In this document: positions 29,682-29,831 of the stretch, piece after piece
How the letters are laid out: the number at the start of each line of letters is the position of its first letter
How positions within the stretch are numbered: position 1 is the first letter of the stretch
Assembly: GCA_030824175.1 (NCBI GenBank)
Contig: JAVBYH010000418.1
Span: forward strand, 1 to 29,831
From: Bacteroidota bacterium
Lineage (GTDB): Bacteria; Bacteroidota; Ignavibacteria; UBA10030; UBA8401
DNA length: 29,831 nt
Direction of reading: 5' to 3'
Position numbers and translations under genes: made by a program
Notes under the pieces: generated by a model
Database searches by the model: none
What the model saw: only the letters and a program-made list of their open reading frames with translations
Told to the model about the DNA's origin: nothing

Positions 29682-29831
29682 TTATTTGATGCCGCTGCCG
29701 CTCGGCACGTCGTTCGTCACCGTGAGCAGGGCGAATTCCCTGCCGCTGCCGTGCGTCGCGAGGATCATGCCTTGCGATTCGACGCCCATGAGCGTTGCGG
29801 GGGCCAGATTCGCCACCATGATCACGGAGGA
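29682..29831 (-). CDS. metG: C-terminal OB-fold tRNA-binding domain, most likely the end of methionyl-tRNA synthetase (5' part outside the window)
   Basis: Manual translation ...VIMVANLAPATLMGVESQGMILA...PSGSGIK*. A stand-alone tRNA-binding protein cannot be excluded. Confidence 0.7.
   Translation of the reverse strand, partial: SSVIMVANLAPATLMGVESQGMILATHGSGREFALLTVTNDVPSGSGIK

Overview
About 30 kb of GC-rich (roughly 60% by eye) core chromosome, probably from an Ignavibacteria/Chlorobi-related (FCB group) bacterium. The taxonomy is inferred from gene content and order and was not searched. Left to right: partial glcF and glcD (-); tyrosine phenol-lyase (+); a nth-HD-moeB operon and an outer-membrane beta-barrel gene (-); tRNA-Lys(CTT); a lipoprotein/beta-barrel; secG; a Tat metallophosphoesterase, tdk and PNP (+); folP-cdaA-GT2-pcm-miaA (-); a large hybrid Fe-S operon (Rrf2-iscS-hypothetical-iscA-sufBCD-sufS-sufU-sufT-sodA-LON-N) (-); hbd-ackA (+); and a DHS-like polyamine synthase, hldD and the end of a MetRS-type tRNA-binding domain (-). 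No transposase, integrase, phage gene or CRISPR array was seen. The best leads are three. (1) A Cys-free, basic 100-aa protein coupled to IscS inside the two-desulfurase Fe-S operon, which has an IscR-type operator upstream. (2) A 32-aa, 50% Lys/Arg gene missing from the ORF track, with its own promoter, RBS and terminator. (3) Three GTAG-type REP hairpins, two forming a REPIN-like doublet, with a compensatory stem change. All homology calls come from motif recognition by eye; no database search was run.
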